This document shows, in pieces, positions 12,676-25,678 of a DNA stretch of 64,000 bases; position 1 is the stretch's first letter; each line of letters starts with the position of its first letter. The translations under genes were made by a program, and so were the position numbers. Under the pieces are notes generated by a model. That model was not told where the DNA came from, ran no database searches, and saw only the letters and a program-made list of their open reading frames with translations. Source of the stretch: Macrostomum hystrix (lineage: Eukaryota; Animalia; Platyhelminthes); the NCBI GenBank assembly GCA_950097015.1, contig CATNEN010000033.1, positions 4,464,001-4,528,000 on the forward strand. Reading direction: 5' to 3'.

Positions 12676-12809
12676 TTTATCCCAAATCCCAAACGTAATA
12701 AATTTTCTGTTCCACAAACTGAGTAGGGTCCTTGAGAACCTGAGTCACTTGGATCTCGTAATTAAATTTCTCATCGTTCATCACCCACCCATTGTGGGTC
12801 CGCGGGGTC

Positions 12810-14217
12810 CGCTGCAGTTTGTGAGGCTCGCTGCAGTTTGTGAGGCTCGCTGCAGTTTGTGAGGCTCGCTGCAGTTTGTGAGGCTCGCTGCAGTTTGTGA
12901 GGCTCGCTGCAGTTTGTGAGGCTCGCTGCAGTTTGTGAGGCTCGCTGCAGTTTGTTAGTCTCGCTGCAGTTTGTGAGGCTCGCTGCAGTTTGTGAGGCTC
13001 GCTGTAGTTTGTGAGGCTCGCTGCAGTTTGTGAGGCTCGCTGCAGTTTGTGAGGCTCGCTGCAGTTTGTGAGTCTCGCTGCAGTTTGTGAGGCACGCTGC
13101 AGTTTGTGAGGCTCGCTGCAGTTTGTGAGGCTCGCTGCAGTTTGTGAGGCTCGCTGCAGTTTGTGAGGCTCGCTGCAGTTTGTTAGTCTCGCTGCAGTTT
13201 GTGAGGCTCGCTGCAGTTTGTGAGTCTCGCTGCAGTTTGTGAGGCTCGCTGCAGTTTGTGAGTCTCGCTGCAGATTGTTAGGCTCGCTGCAGTTTGTGAG
13301 TCTCGCTGCAGTTTGTGAGGCTCGCTGCAGTTTGTGAGGCTCGCTGCAGTTTGTGAGGCTCGCTGCAGTTTGTGAGTCTCGCTGCAGTTTGTGAGGCTCG
13401 CTGCAGTTTGTTAGTCTCGCTGCAGTTTGTGAGGCTCGCTGCAGTTTGTGAGTCTCGCTGCAGTTTGTGAGGCTCGCTGCAGTTTGTGAGGCTCGCTGCA
13501 GTTTGTGAGTCTCGCTGCAGATTGTTAGGCTCGCTGCAGTTTGTGAGTCTCGCTGCAGTTTGTGAGGCTCGCTGCAGTTTGTGAGGCTCGCTGCAGTTTG
13601 TGAGGCTCGCTGCAGTTTGTGAGGCTCGCTGCAGTTTGTGAGGCTCGCTGCAGTTTGTTAGTCTCGCTGCAGTTTGTGAGGCTCGCTGCAGTTTGTGAGT
13701 CTCGCTGCAGTTTGTGAGGCTCGCTGCAGTTTGTGAGGCTCGCTGCAGTTTGTGAGGCTCGCTGCAGTTTGTGAGGCTCGCTGCAGTTTGTGAGGCTCGC
13801 TGCAGTTTGTGAGGCTCGCTGCAGTTTGTGAGGCTCGCTGCAGTTTGTGAGGCTCGCTGCAGTTTGTGAGTCTCGCTGCAGTTTGTGAGGCTCGCTGCAG
13901 TTTGTGAGGCTCGCTGCAGTTTGTGAGGCTCGCTGCAGTTTGTGAGGCTCGCTGCAGTTTGTGAGGCTCGCTGCAGTTTGTGAGGCTCGCTGCAGTTTGT
14001 GAGGCTCGCTGCAGTTTGTGAGGCTCGCTGCAGTTTGTGAGGCTCGCTGCAGTTTGTGAGGCTCGCTGCAGTTTGTGAGGCTCGCTGCAGTTTGTGAGGC
14101 TCGCTGCAGTTTGTGAGGCTCGCTGCAGTTTGTGAGGCTCGCTGCAGTTTGTGAGGCTCGCTGCAGTTTGTGAGGCTCGCTGCAGTTTGTGAGGCTCGCT
14201 GCAGTTTGTGAGGCTCG
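12810..14217. repeat. 19-bp minisatellite, about 1.4 kb
   Basis: Unit CGCTGCAGTTTGTGAGGCT, highly homogeneous. Confidence 0.97.
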
Positions 14218-14709
14218 GATTCATGGGGATACGAAATTCATTCAAAGTCAACAGATTTTTCTTTCGCGTTGCCATGGCGACGGTCTCTGACTGGGACAAA
14301 GTTTTGGTCGCCCCCGCTCCCCCGGTGCCATAAATATCTGTCTCCTCCATCACTCTGCATTTTATGGCTTCCTGTTTCACTTCTCTCTTCTGCCGCGGGT
14401 CCAGGATTGAAGCCCAGTCCTCAAACTGAGTAGGTGAATGCAACAGCATTTTGCAAGATAATCCTTGCAGCTTGGATTGTCTTATCCCCTTGCACTCACA
14501 ATCGATCGATTATATATCGCCAAATCCTAATTTGGGATATTTTCAAAACGCATATAATCCAAGTGGGGGTTTCTTCGGTGTTTTGAATTATTGCCCAACC
14601 AAGGATTATCCGGACCACTTCGTCTCTGCTAGGCGCAGTTTAAAAGCAGATTGTTTGACTGCTTCTAATAGTTGAGTAAGTGTTCTAGGGATCATAAACA
14701 GAGTGAAGA

Positions 14710-15767
14710 TCAGAGACAGCAATCAAAGACAGACAATGAGAGACAGACTGTGTAAGACAGACAATTAGAGACAGACTGTGTAAGACAGACAATCAGAGAC
14801 AGACTGCGTAAGACAGACACTGAGAGACAGACTGCGTAAGACAGACACTGAGAGACAGACTGCGTAAGACAGACACTGAGAGACAGACTGCGTAAGACAG
14901 ACACTGACAGACAGACTGTGTAAGACAGACACTGTGAGACACACTGTGTAAGACAGACAATCAGAGACAGGCTGTGTAAGACAGACACTGAGAGACAGAC
15001 TGTGTAAGGCAGACACTGACAGACAGACTGTGTAAGACAGACACTGAGAGACAGACTGTGTAAGACAGACACTGAGAGACAGACTGTGTAAGACAGACAC
15101 TGAGAGACAGACTGTGTAAGACAGACACTGAGAGACAGACTGTGTAAGACAGACACTGAGAGACAGGCTGTGTAAGACAGACACTGAGAGACATACTGTG
15201 TAAGACAGACACTGAGAGACAGACTGTGTAAGACAGACACTGAGAGACAGACTGTGTAAGACAGACACTGAGAGACAGGCTGTGTAAGACAGACACTGAG
15301 AGACAGGCTGTGTAAGACAGACACTGAGAGACATACTGTGTAAGACAGACACTGAGAGACAGACTGTGTAAGACAGACACTGAGAGACAGGCTGTGTAAG
15401 ACAGACACTGAGAGACAGACTGTGTAAGGCAGACACTGACAGACAGACTGTATAAGACAGACACTGAGAGACAGACTGTGTAAGGCAGACACTGACAGAC
15501 AGACTGTGTAAGACAGACACTGAGAGACAGACTGTGTAAGACAGACACTGAGAGACAGACTGTGTAAGACAGACACTGAGAGACAGACTGTGTAAGACAG
15601 ACACTGAGAGACAGACTGTGTAAGACAGACACTGAGAGACAGACTGCGTAAGACAGACACTGAGAGACAGACTGTGTAAGGAAGACACTGACAGACAGAC
15701 TGTATAAGACAGACACTGAGAGACAGACTGTGTAAGACAGACACTGAGAGACAGACTGCGTAAGACA
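14710..15767. repeat. 28-bp minisatellite, about 1.05 kb
   Basis: Unit GAGACAGACTGTGTAAGACAGACACTGA. Confidence 0.97.
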
Positions 15768-16177
15768 GTGTAAAGCCCAAAGCCTCACCGGTGCAGGCAG
15801 CGGGCTGGGCAATATTAAGAATTAATCAGTGTTTGCGGCATGTCGAATCGCAAACCACCGAAACCTGGCGGAAGATGACGCATTGGCTTGCCGCCAATCC
15901 CCATCTAATCTTTAATTTCCTCATCAGCCGGCCTGGTAGCCCAGCTACAAAATTTGCTCTGCGCACACATTTGGCTCACTAGGACTCTCCAGTTTGCGCT
16001 GGTTGTGGGGAGAACGCCAAATTCATCCGAAAGAAAATTTTTGACCGACCCGACTGAGTCCTTGCGGCTTTCTTGTCGCCGATTTGTACTTTTACTACCA
16101 GCAGCCGGATATGCTGGCGGGCATGAGCTGTCCGAGACTGCTCAGCTGATGCTCGCTAATAGCGTACGGCCCGCCCT

Positions 16178-19100
16178 TTCCTCCTCTGCCTCCTCTGCCT
16201 CCTCTGCCTCCTCTGCCTCCTCTGCTTACTCTGCCTCCTCTGCTTACTCTGCCTCCTCTGCCTCCTCTGCCTCTTCTGCCCTTTCTGCCTCCTCTGCCTC
16301 CTCTGCCTCCTCTGCCTCCTCTGCCTCCTCTGCCTCTTCTGCCCTTTCTGCCTCCTCTGCCTCCTCCGCCTCCTCTGCCTCCTCTGCCTTTTCTGCCTCC
16401 TCTGCTTACTCTGCCTCCTCTGCTTACTCTGCCTCCTCTGCCTCCTCTGCCTCCTCTGCTTACTCTGCCTCCTCTGCTTACTCTGCCTCCTCTGCCTCTG
16501 CATCCTCTGCCTCCTCTGCTTACTCTGCCTCCTCTGCTTACTCTACCTCCTCTGCCTCCTCTGCTTACTCTGCCTCCTCTGCTTACTCTGCCTCCTCTGC
16601 CTCCTCTGCCTCCTCTGCTTACTCTGCCTCCTCTGCCTCCTCTGCCTCCTCTGCCTCCTCTGCTTACTCTGCCTCCTCTGCTTACTCTGCCTCCTCTGCC
16701 TCCTCTGCCTCTTCTGCCCTTTCTGCCTCCTCTGCCTCCTCTGCCTCCTCTGCCTCCTCTGCCTCCTCTGCCTCTTCTGCCCTTTCTGCCTCCTCTGCCT
16801 CCTCCGCCTCCTCTGCCTCCTCTGCCTTTTCTGCCTCCTCTGCTTACTCTGCCTCCTCTGCTTACTCTGCCTCCTCTGCCTCCTCTGCCTCCTCTGCTTA
16901 CTCTGCCTCCTCTGCTTACTCTGCCTCCTCTGCCTCTGCATCCTCTGCCTCCTCTGCTTACTCTGCCTCCTCTGCTTACTCTACCTCCTCTGCCTCCTCT
17001 GCTTACTCTGCCTCCTCTGCTTACTCTGCCTCCTCTGCCTCCTCTGCCTCCTCTGCTTACTCTGCCTCCTCTGCCTCCTCTGCCTCCTCTGCCTCCTCTG
17101 CTTACTCTGCCTCCTCTGCTTACTCTGCCTCCTCTGCCTCCTCTGCCTCTTCTGCCCTTTCTGCCTCCTCTGCCTCCTCTGCCTCCTCTGCCTCCTCTGC
17201 CTCCTCTGCCTCTTCTGCCCTTTCTGCCTCCTCTGCCTCCTCCGCCTCCTCTGCCTCTTCTGCCTTTTCTGCCTCCTCTGCTTACTCTGCCTCCTCTGCT
17301 TACTCTGCCTCCTCTGCCTCCTCTGCCTCCTCTGCTTACTCTGCCTCCTCTGCTTACTCTGCCTCCTCTGCCTCTGCATCCTCTGCCTCCTCTGCTTACT
17401 CTGCCTCCTCTGCTTACTCTGCCTCCTCTGCTTACTCTGCCTCCTCTGCCTCCTCTGCCTCCTCTGCTTACTCTGCCTCCTCTGCCTCCTCTGCATCCTC
17501 TGCCTCCTCTGCTTACTCTGCCTCCTCTGCTTACTCTGCCTCCTCTGCCTCCTCTGCCTCCTCTGCTTACTCTGCCTCCTCTGCCTCCTCTGCATCCTCT
17601 GCCTCCTCTGCTTACTCTGCCTCCTCTGCTTACTCTGCCTCTTCTGCCCTTTCTGCCTCCTCTGCCTCTTCTGCCTCCTCTGCCTCCTCTGCCTCCTCCG
17701 CCTCCTCTGCCTCCTCTGCCTCCTCTGCCTCTTCTGCCTTTTTCTGCCTCCTCTGCCTCCTCTGCCTCCTCTGCCTCTTCTGCCTTTTCTGCCTCCTCTG
17801 CCTCCTCTGCCTCCTCTGCTTACTCTGCCTCCTCTGCATCCTCTGCCTCCTCTGCCTCCTCTGCCTCCTCTGCCTCCTCTGCTTACTCTGCCTCCTCTGC
17901 TTACTCTGCCTCCTCTGCTTACTCTACCTCCTCTGCCTCCTCTGCTTACTCTGCCTCCTCTGCTTACTCTGCCTCCTCTGCCTCCTCTGCCTCCTCTGCT
18001 TACTCTGCCTCCTCTGCCTCCTCTGCCTCCTCTGCCTCCTCTGCTTACTCTGCCTCCTCTGCTTACTCTGCCTCCTCTGCCTCCTCTGCCTCTTCTGCCC
18101 TTTCTGCCTCCTCTGCCTCCTCTGCCTCCTCTGCCTCCTCTGCCTCCTCTGCCTCTTCTGCCCTTTCTGCCTCCTCTGCCTCCTCCGCCTCCTCTGCCTC
18201 CTCTGCCTTTTCTGCCTCCTCTGCTTACTCTGCCTCCTCTGCTTACTCTGCCTCCTCTGCCTCCTCTGCCTCCTCTGCTTACTCTGCCTCCTCTGCTTAC
18301 TCTGCCTCCTCTGCCTCTGCATCCTCTGCCTCCTCTGCTTACTCTGCCTCCTCTGCTTACTCTGCCTCCTCTGCCTCCTCTGCATCCTCTGCCACCTCTG
18401 CTTACTCTGCCTCCTCTGCTTACTCTGCCTCTTCTGCCCTTTCTGCCTCCTCTGCCTCTTCTGCCTCCTCTGCCTCCTCTGCCTCCTCCGCCTCCTCTGC
18501 CTCCTCTGCCTCCTCTGCCTCTTCTGCCTTTTCTGCCTCCTCTGCCTCCTCTGCCTCCTCTGCCTCTTCTGCCTTTTCTGCCTCCTCTGCCTCCTCTGCC
18601 TCCTCTGCTTACTCTGCCTCCTCTGCATCCTCTGCCTCCTCTGCCTCCTCTGCCTCCTCTGCCTCCTCTGCTTACTCTGCCTCCTCTGCTTACTCTGCCT
18701 CCTCTGCTTACTCTACCTCCTCTGCCTCCTCTGCTTACTCTGCCTCCTCTGCTTACTCTGCCTCCTCTGCCTCCTCTGCCTCCTCTGCTTACTCTGCCTC
18801 CTCTGCCTCCTCTGCCTCCTCTGCCTCCTCTGCTTACTCTGCCTCCTCTGCTTACTCTGCCTCCTCTGCCTCCTCTGCCTCTTCTGCCCTTTCTGCCTCC
18901 TCTGCCTCCTCTGCCTCCTCTGCCTCCTCTGCCTCCTCTGCCTCTTCTGCCCTTTCTGCCTCCTCTGCCTCCTCCGCCTCCTCTGCCTCCTCTGCCTTTT
19001 CTGCCTCCTCTGCTTACTCTGCCTCCTCTGCTTACTCTGCCTCCTCTGCCTCCTCTGCCTCCTCTGCTTACTCTGCCTCCTCTGCTTACTCTGCCTCCTC

Positions 19101-22100
19101 TGCCTCTGCATCCTCTGCCTCCTCTGCTTACTCTGCCTCCTCTGCTTACTCTACCTCCTCTGCCTCCTCTGCTTACTCTGCCTCCTCTGCTTACTCTGCC
19201 TCCTCTGCCTCCTCTGCCTCCTCTGCTTACTCTGCCTCCTCTGCCTCCTCTGCATCCTCTGCCTCCTCTGCTTACTCTGCCTCCTCTGCTTACTCTGCCT
19301 CCTCTGCCTCCTCTGCCTCCTCTGCTTACTCTGCCTCCTCTGCCTCCTCTGCATCCTCTGCCTCCTCTGCTTACTCTGCCTCCTCTGCTTACTCTGCCTC
19401 TTCTGCCCTTTCTGCCTCCTCTGCCTCTTCTGCCTCCTCTGCCTCCTCTGCCTCCTCTGCCTCCTCTGCCTCCTCTGCCTCCTCTGCCTCTTCTGCCTTT
19501 TCTGCCTCCTCTGCCTCCTCTGCCTCCTCTGCCTCTTCTGCCTTTTCTGCCTCCTCTGCCTCCTCTGCCTCCTCTGCTTACTCTGCCTCCTCTGCATCCT
19601 CTGCCTCCTCTGCCTCCTCTGCCTCCTCTGCCTCCTCTGCTTACTCTGCCTCCTCTGCCTCCTCTGCCTCCTCTGCCTCTTCTGCCTTTTCTGCCTCCTC
19701 TGCCTCCTCTGCTTACTCTGCCTCCTCTGCTTACTCTGCCTCCTCTGCTTACTCTGCCTCCTCTGCTTACTCTGCCTCCTCTGCCTCTTCTGCCTTTTCT
19801 GCCTCCTCTGCCTCCTCTGCCTCCTCTGCCTCTTCTGCCTTTTCTGCCTCCTCTGCCTCCTCTGCCTCCTCTGCCTCCTCTGCCTCCTCTGCCTCCTCTG
19901 CCTCTTCTGCCTCCTCTGCCTCCTCTGCCTCCTCTGCCTCCTCTGCTTACTCTGCCTCCTCTGCCTCCTCTGCCTCCTCTGCCTCTTCTGCCTTTTCTGC
20001 CTCCTCTGCCTCCTCTGCCTCCTCTGCCTCCTCTGCCTCCTCTGCCTCCTCTGCCTCTTCTGCCTCCTCTGCCTCCTCTGCCTCCTCTGCTTACTCTGCC
20101 TCCTCTGCATCCTCTGCCTCCTCTGCCTCCTCTGCCTCCTCTGCCTCCTCTGCTTACTCTGCCTCCTCTGCCTCCTCTGCCTCCTCTGCCTCTTCTGCCT
20201 TTTCTGCCTCCTCTGCCTCCTCTGCTTACTCTGCCTCCTCTGCTTACTCTGCCTCCTCTGCTTACTCTGCCTCCTCTGCTTACTCTGCCTCCTCTGCCTC
20301 TTCTGCCTTTTCTGCCTCCTCTGCCTCCTCTGCCTCCTCTGCCTCTTCTGCCTTTTCTGCCTCCTCTGCCTCCTCTGCCTCCTCTGCCTCCTCTGCCTCC
20401 TCTGCCTCCTCTGCCTCTTCTGCCTCCTCTGCCTCCTCTGCCTCCTCTGCCTCCTCTGCTTACTCTGCCTCCTCTGCCTCCTCTGCCTCCTCTGCCTCCT
20501 CTGCCTCTTCTGCCTTTTCTGCCTCCTCTGCCTCCTCTGCTTACTCTGCCTCCTCTGCCTCTTCTGCCTTTTCTGCCTCCTCTGCCTCCTCTGCCTCCTC
20601 TGCCTCTTCTGCCTTTTCTGCCTCCTCTGCCTCCTCTGCCTCCTCTGCCTCCTCTGCCTCCTCTGCCTCCTCTGCCTCTTCTGCCTCCTCTGCCTCCTCT
20701 GCCTCCTCTGCCTCCTCTGCTTACTCTGCCTCCTCTGCCTCCTCTGCCTCCTCTGCCTCTTCTGCCTTTTCTGCCTCCTCTGCCTCCTCTGCCTCCTCTG
20801 CCTCCTCTGCCTCCTCTGCCTCCTCTGCCTCTTCTGCCTCCTCTGCCTCCTCTGCCTCCTCTGCTTACTCTGCCTCCTCTGCATCCTCTGCCTCCTCTGC
20901 CTCCTCTGCCTCCTCTGCCTCCTCTGCTTACTCTGCCTCCTCTGCCTCCTCTGCCTCCTCTGCCTCTTCTGCCTTTTCTGCCTCCTCTGCCTCCTCTGCT
21001 TACTCTGCCTCCTCTGCTTACTCTGCCTCCTCTGCTTACTCTGCCTCCTCTGCTTACTCTGCCTCCTCTGCCTCTTCTGCCTTTTCTGCCTCCTCTGCCT
21101 CCTCTGCCTCCTCTGCCTCTTCTGCCTTTTCTGCCTCCTCTGCCTCCTCTGCCTCCTCTGCCTCCTCTGCCTCCTCTGCCTCTTCTGCCTCCTCTGCCTC
21201 CTCTGCCTCCTCTGCCTCCTCTGCTTACTCTGCCTCCTCTGCCTCCTCTGCCTCCTCTGCCTCTTCTGCCTTTTCTGCCTCCTCTGCCTCCTCTGCCTCC
21301 TCTGCCTCCTCTGCCTCCTCTGCCTCCTCTGCCTCTTCTGCCTCCTCTGCCTCCTCTGCCTCCTCTGCCTCCTCTGCTTACTCTGCCTCCTCTGCCTCCT
21401 CTGCCTCCTCTGCCTCTTCTGCCTTTTCTGCCTCCTCTGCCTCCTCTGCCTCCTCTGCCTCCTCTGCCTCTTCTGCCTTTTCTGCCTCCTCTGCCTCCTC
21501 TGCTTACTCTGCCTCCTCTGCTTACTCTGCCTCCTCTGCTTACTCTGCCTCCTCTGCTTACTCTGCCTCCTCTGCCTCTTCTGCCTTTTCTGCCTCCTCT
21601 GCCTCCTCTGCCTCCTCTGCCTCTTCTGCCTTTTCTGCCTCCTCTGCCTCCTCTGCCTCCTCTGCCTCCTCTGCCTCCTCTGCCTCCTCTGCCTCTTCTG
21701 CCTCCTCTGCCTCCTCTGCCTCCTCTGCCTCCTCTGCTTACTCTGCCTCCTCTGCCTCCTCTGCCTCCTCTGCCTCCTCTGCCTCCTCTGCCTCTTCTGC
21801 CTCCTCTGCCTCCTCTGCCTCCTCTGCTTACTCTGCCTCCTCTGCATCCTCTGCCTCCTCTGCCTCCTCTGCCTCCTCTGCCTCCTCTGCTTACTCTGCC
21901 TCCTCTGCCTCCTCTGCCTCCTCTGCCTCTTCTGCCTTTTCTGCCTCCTCTGCCTCCTCTGCTTACTCTGCCTCCTCTGCTTACTCTGCCTCCTCTGCTT
22001 ACTCTGCCTCCTCTGCTTACTCTGCCTCCTCTGCCTCTTCTGCCTTTTCTGCCTCCTCTGCCTCCTCTGCCTCCTCTGCCTCTTCTGCCTTTTCTGCCTC

Positions 22101-22819
22101 CTCTGCCTCCTCTGCCTCCTCTGCCTCCTCTGCCTCCTCTGCCTCCTCTGCCTCTTCTGCCTCCTCTGCCTCCTCTGCCTCCTCTGCCTCCTCTGCTTAC
22201 TCTGCCTCCTCTGCCTCCTCTGCCTCCTCTGCCTCTTCTGCCTTTTCTGCCTCCTCTGCCTCCTCTGCCTCCTCTGCCTCCTCTGCCTCCTCTGCCTCCT
22301 CTGCCTCTTCTGCCTCCTCTGCCTCCTCTGCCTCCTCTGCCTCCTCTGCTTACTCTGCCTCCTCTGCCTCCTCTGCCTCCTCTGCCTCTTCTGCCTTTTC
22401 TGCCTCCTCTGCCTCCTCTACCTCCTCTGCCTCCTCTGCCTCTTCTGCCTTTTCTGCCTCCTCTGCCTCCTCTGCTTACTCTGCCTCCTCTGCTTACTCT
22501 GCCTCCTCTGCTTACTCTGCCTCCTCTGCTTACTCTGCCTCCTCTGCCTCTTCTGCCTTTTCTGCCTCCTCTGCCTCCTCTGCCTCCTCTGCCTCTTCTG
22601 CCTTTTCTGCCTCCTCTGCCTCCTCTGCCTCCTCTGCCTCCTCTGCCTCCTCTGCCTCCTCTGCCTCTTCTGCCTCCTCTGCCTCCTCTGCCTCCTCTGC
22701 CTCCTCTGCTTACTCTGCCTCCTCTGCCTCCTCTGCCTCCTCTGCCTCCTCTGCCTCTTCTGCCTTTTCTGCCTCCTCTGCCTCCTCTGCTTACTCTGCT
22801 TACTCTGCCTCCTCTGCCT
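16178..22819. repeat. 9-bp satellite (TCTGCCTCC)n, about 6.6 kb, with higher-order repeats
   Basis: Variants TCTGCTTAC, TCTGCCTTT, TCTGCCCTT, TCTGCATCC and TCTACCTCC recur in ordered blocks. The rare CTACC variant falls at about 16543, 16981, 17924, 18713 and 19151. Confidence 0.97.
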
Positions 22820-23133
22820 AATAAGATTCGCACCAACTGAAGCACATTTGCTACGAGTACTCTTTGCCGTAGCAAGCCTATTTTGGAAAAATATGTTTTG
22901 CATAAAATTTTCTTTTTTCACGACATAAATTTAGATCCCATTTCCCCAACATGCACGGATGGAACACTTGAACTCGGACAAAAACAGGACACACGAATTT
23001 CGGCCTTTAAAAAAACACACATTCAACCTGATCGCCAAAATATGAACGGTAAACACTCAATTTTCTGAGCTCAAAAAGGCAGAAGAGCAGCAGCTGATGC
23101 CACTGCGATTTGTCTGATGCCCAAACTTCAGGA

Positions 23134-23204
23134 AGATTCTACCACACTTCAGGCAGATTCTACCACACTTCAGGCAGATTCTACCACACTTCAGGCAGAT
23201 TCAG
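23134..23204. repeat. 21-bp tandem repeat, about 3 copies
   Basis: Unit GATTCTACCACACTTCAGGCA. Confidence 0.85.
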
Positions 23205-25678
23205 AAAAAAATGAGCGCTTATATTCAACCCCGAAAGTTCAATTTTTCCCCAACTGAGCTCAAACTCGGGTCGCTCAGTTTGAGTAGGATCATTCCGCCA
23301 CCGAGGCCAAACTAGCTCGTACTCGGTTCTTTCTAAGAAAGATAATCGACAAAGGCGAATTCTAAAGTGCGTCGGAAACTGCGGCTAAAAATACTTCCCC
23401 GTGTGCGCCCTGAAATTTTGCAGTCTGGAATTCGTGGCGCGGAAGGAGATAATTGGAGCTGCGTCCGCTTCTTAACCTCTCCGGGTCTGCGACTTCCCTT
23501 GGGAGATTTCGAGGCTCGATATTATATATATTCTGCAGGATGGACTGCGTCGGGAATTTTCCTAGAAAATAGGACAACTGAGGTCACTGCGAACTGTGAG
23601 CAGAAAATCTGCCTGAAAAAAATGAATCTCGATTTGCCTTTTCTGCTAATCTGAAATTTTCAGTCAGTCAGTCAGCAATGACCAGTCAGTCAGTCAGAAA
23701 TGACCAGTCAGTCCGAAACGACCCGTCGGTTAGTGATCCATTGTGTTTCATACACTGTAAGCCTGCACTAATGTTTGCAAGGCTTGTAAACTAAAATCAC
23801 GGATTGAATGTGACAGAATATAATTCTTCTGTGACCATACTCGCTCGCCCCTCAGAGGCAGAGCTCTGTCATGAGGCTCTGTTTTTTCCCGACAGCCTTT
23901 TCCCCAAGGCCAAGCTAGTTTTAAACAATTCGATTGTCACAAGACAGGAAATGGGGGAACGGTCACATCCTCTCACCCCCCGCTGTGTCCCAGTCGGATC
24001 GCAATGGGAAATCGCTGTGCCCAGTTTTTCTCACTCTCGCAGTGGATTAGTTGAAAAAAACACTGGAGGGCATTGCAGAGCGGATAGCGGGGCGGTGGGT
24101 GTTGACTGGTGAGCTTCACTCACAGTGGGGGCCAACCGTGACTGGGATCGGTTTTGTAGAATTTTGTTTTTAGCATTGCAACAAAAATATGGCTCCCAAA
24201 ATGGGATAATGGGAACTGCACTGAGAGCGTAAATATCAAAATCTGCTTCCAATGGCAGCTCTCCGGGCAGACATGGCCAGAATAATCATTATTTATTGGG
24301 ATTCGAACCGCCGAACTACTCGGATCTTTCTAAGAAAGATAATCGACAAAGGCAAATTCTAACTGAATATTTTCAATGTATATTTTCACTGTCATTAAAT
24401 ACGAAATATTGTATAAACAGACAGACAGGCGAATGCAATGCAATAGGTTAATATCCTCATTCCTTCATTGCATCAGAATTAATGTACACAAAATTGTTCT
24501 GCTAAATGGGGAAAAAATAGCCACTCTAAAAGAAATATTTGCGCTTTCATTTGTTGGCAGCTGTAGTGTTGTGAGCCAGCGTGCCGACTCGGGTCTCGCT
24601 GATATCAAGATGAGTTCGCGAGAAAACTTTTTGGGAAAATAAAAAGGCCTACACATGCCACATTGGGGCGATACTGGCAAATCAAAGGAATTTCCAAACT
24701 CCGGGAAAGGACAGGGAAGAGGGCAAAGAGGGGAATAACTCGACTGCGGGCACTCACGTTAATCAGCGGGGAGTGAGCCCTACCTATACAGCAGCCTCTA
24801 CTTTTGCTGCCACTCTGCAAGCGTCAGCCGGAAGCTGAAATCCTAAATTATTTTTGCTCATATTTTTCGTGTAGGTTGCAGCCGCCCTGATCCTATTGAG
24901 TGCCTGGTTGGATCGCTGGCAGACCGCGTTGAGTCCGCGACTTTCTTCTCAAATGAGCTTCCGGCGCTTCCTCTTGGGCCACCTGTCATCATTGTGCTTT
25001 AAAATATCCTTTAAAATATTGCTTGGAAGAGAGGAGACGAGACGAGACGAGAGGATTCAGGGCTCCGGGCTTCTAGGAAATTAATTTCCACAGTTGCTAA
25101 GTGCGAATTCCTTCGCTCCCATCCCCCACCTCCCTCCGTTTCTACGCTCCTACCTGACTCTTCGAGGCCCTTGAAACTCTGCATCGCGTGAGTTTCCAAT
25201 CCCCGCGTCGAGATCCCTGCTCAACTGGGGTTGGGGGGTAGCTGAGCAGGCTTAGGAGGGCTCGGCATGCAATTACGGGATTTCTTGAGCCGCGCAACTC
25301 CTCTCGCAACTCCTAAATCACGCCTCTGCCGCGTAGCCCACCCCATAGCCCACCCGATCCCCTAACTGGGAAACTCGACAAGCGGGTGAGGATGGGAGAA
25401 ACCGGAGTAGTGAGTGAGCTGCGACGCGTTTCAAGGAGGCTGGGGTTGGAAGCTTCATCTTCTCTTAAAGTGCACGACAGGCGCGGCGGTTGCATGAAAT
25501 GGGATGACAGAGGGAGCCGGGGAGAAGCCGGGAGGACAGTTTGCGGGGCTGGAAATCCCGGAGAATTTCTGAGGCTGAGGGGGGATGGCCTTTTCTTCAG
25601 CCCAAGCCAACCCTGAGAAGTCCCACTCTTCTGCTGCGAAAGAATCGATCTGCTTGGAGAGTGAGGAGAAGTCCAGGG

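Noticed and set aside
10823-15812. Repetitive ORFs (NSTSHSL, LGNGMLS, SLTNCSEPHKLQ, SLSLSVCLTQ)
   Set aside because: Translations of minisatellites, with several frames open at once and no unique domain.
15954-22928. 2324-aa SAS/LCL ORF and the antisense RGG/QRR ORFs as annotated proteins
   Set aside because: Openness follows from a stop-free 9-bp unit, and the frame switches mid-array. Kept only as a testable finding.
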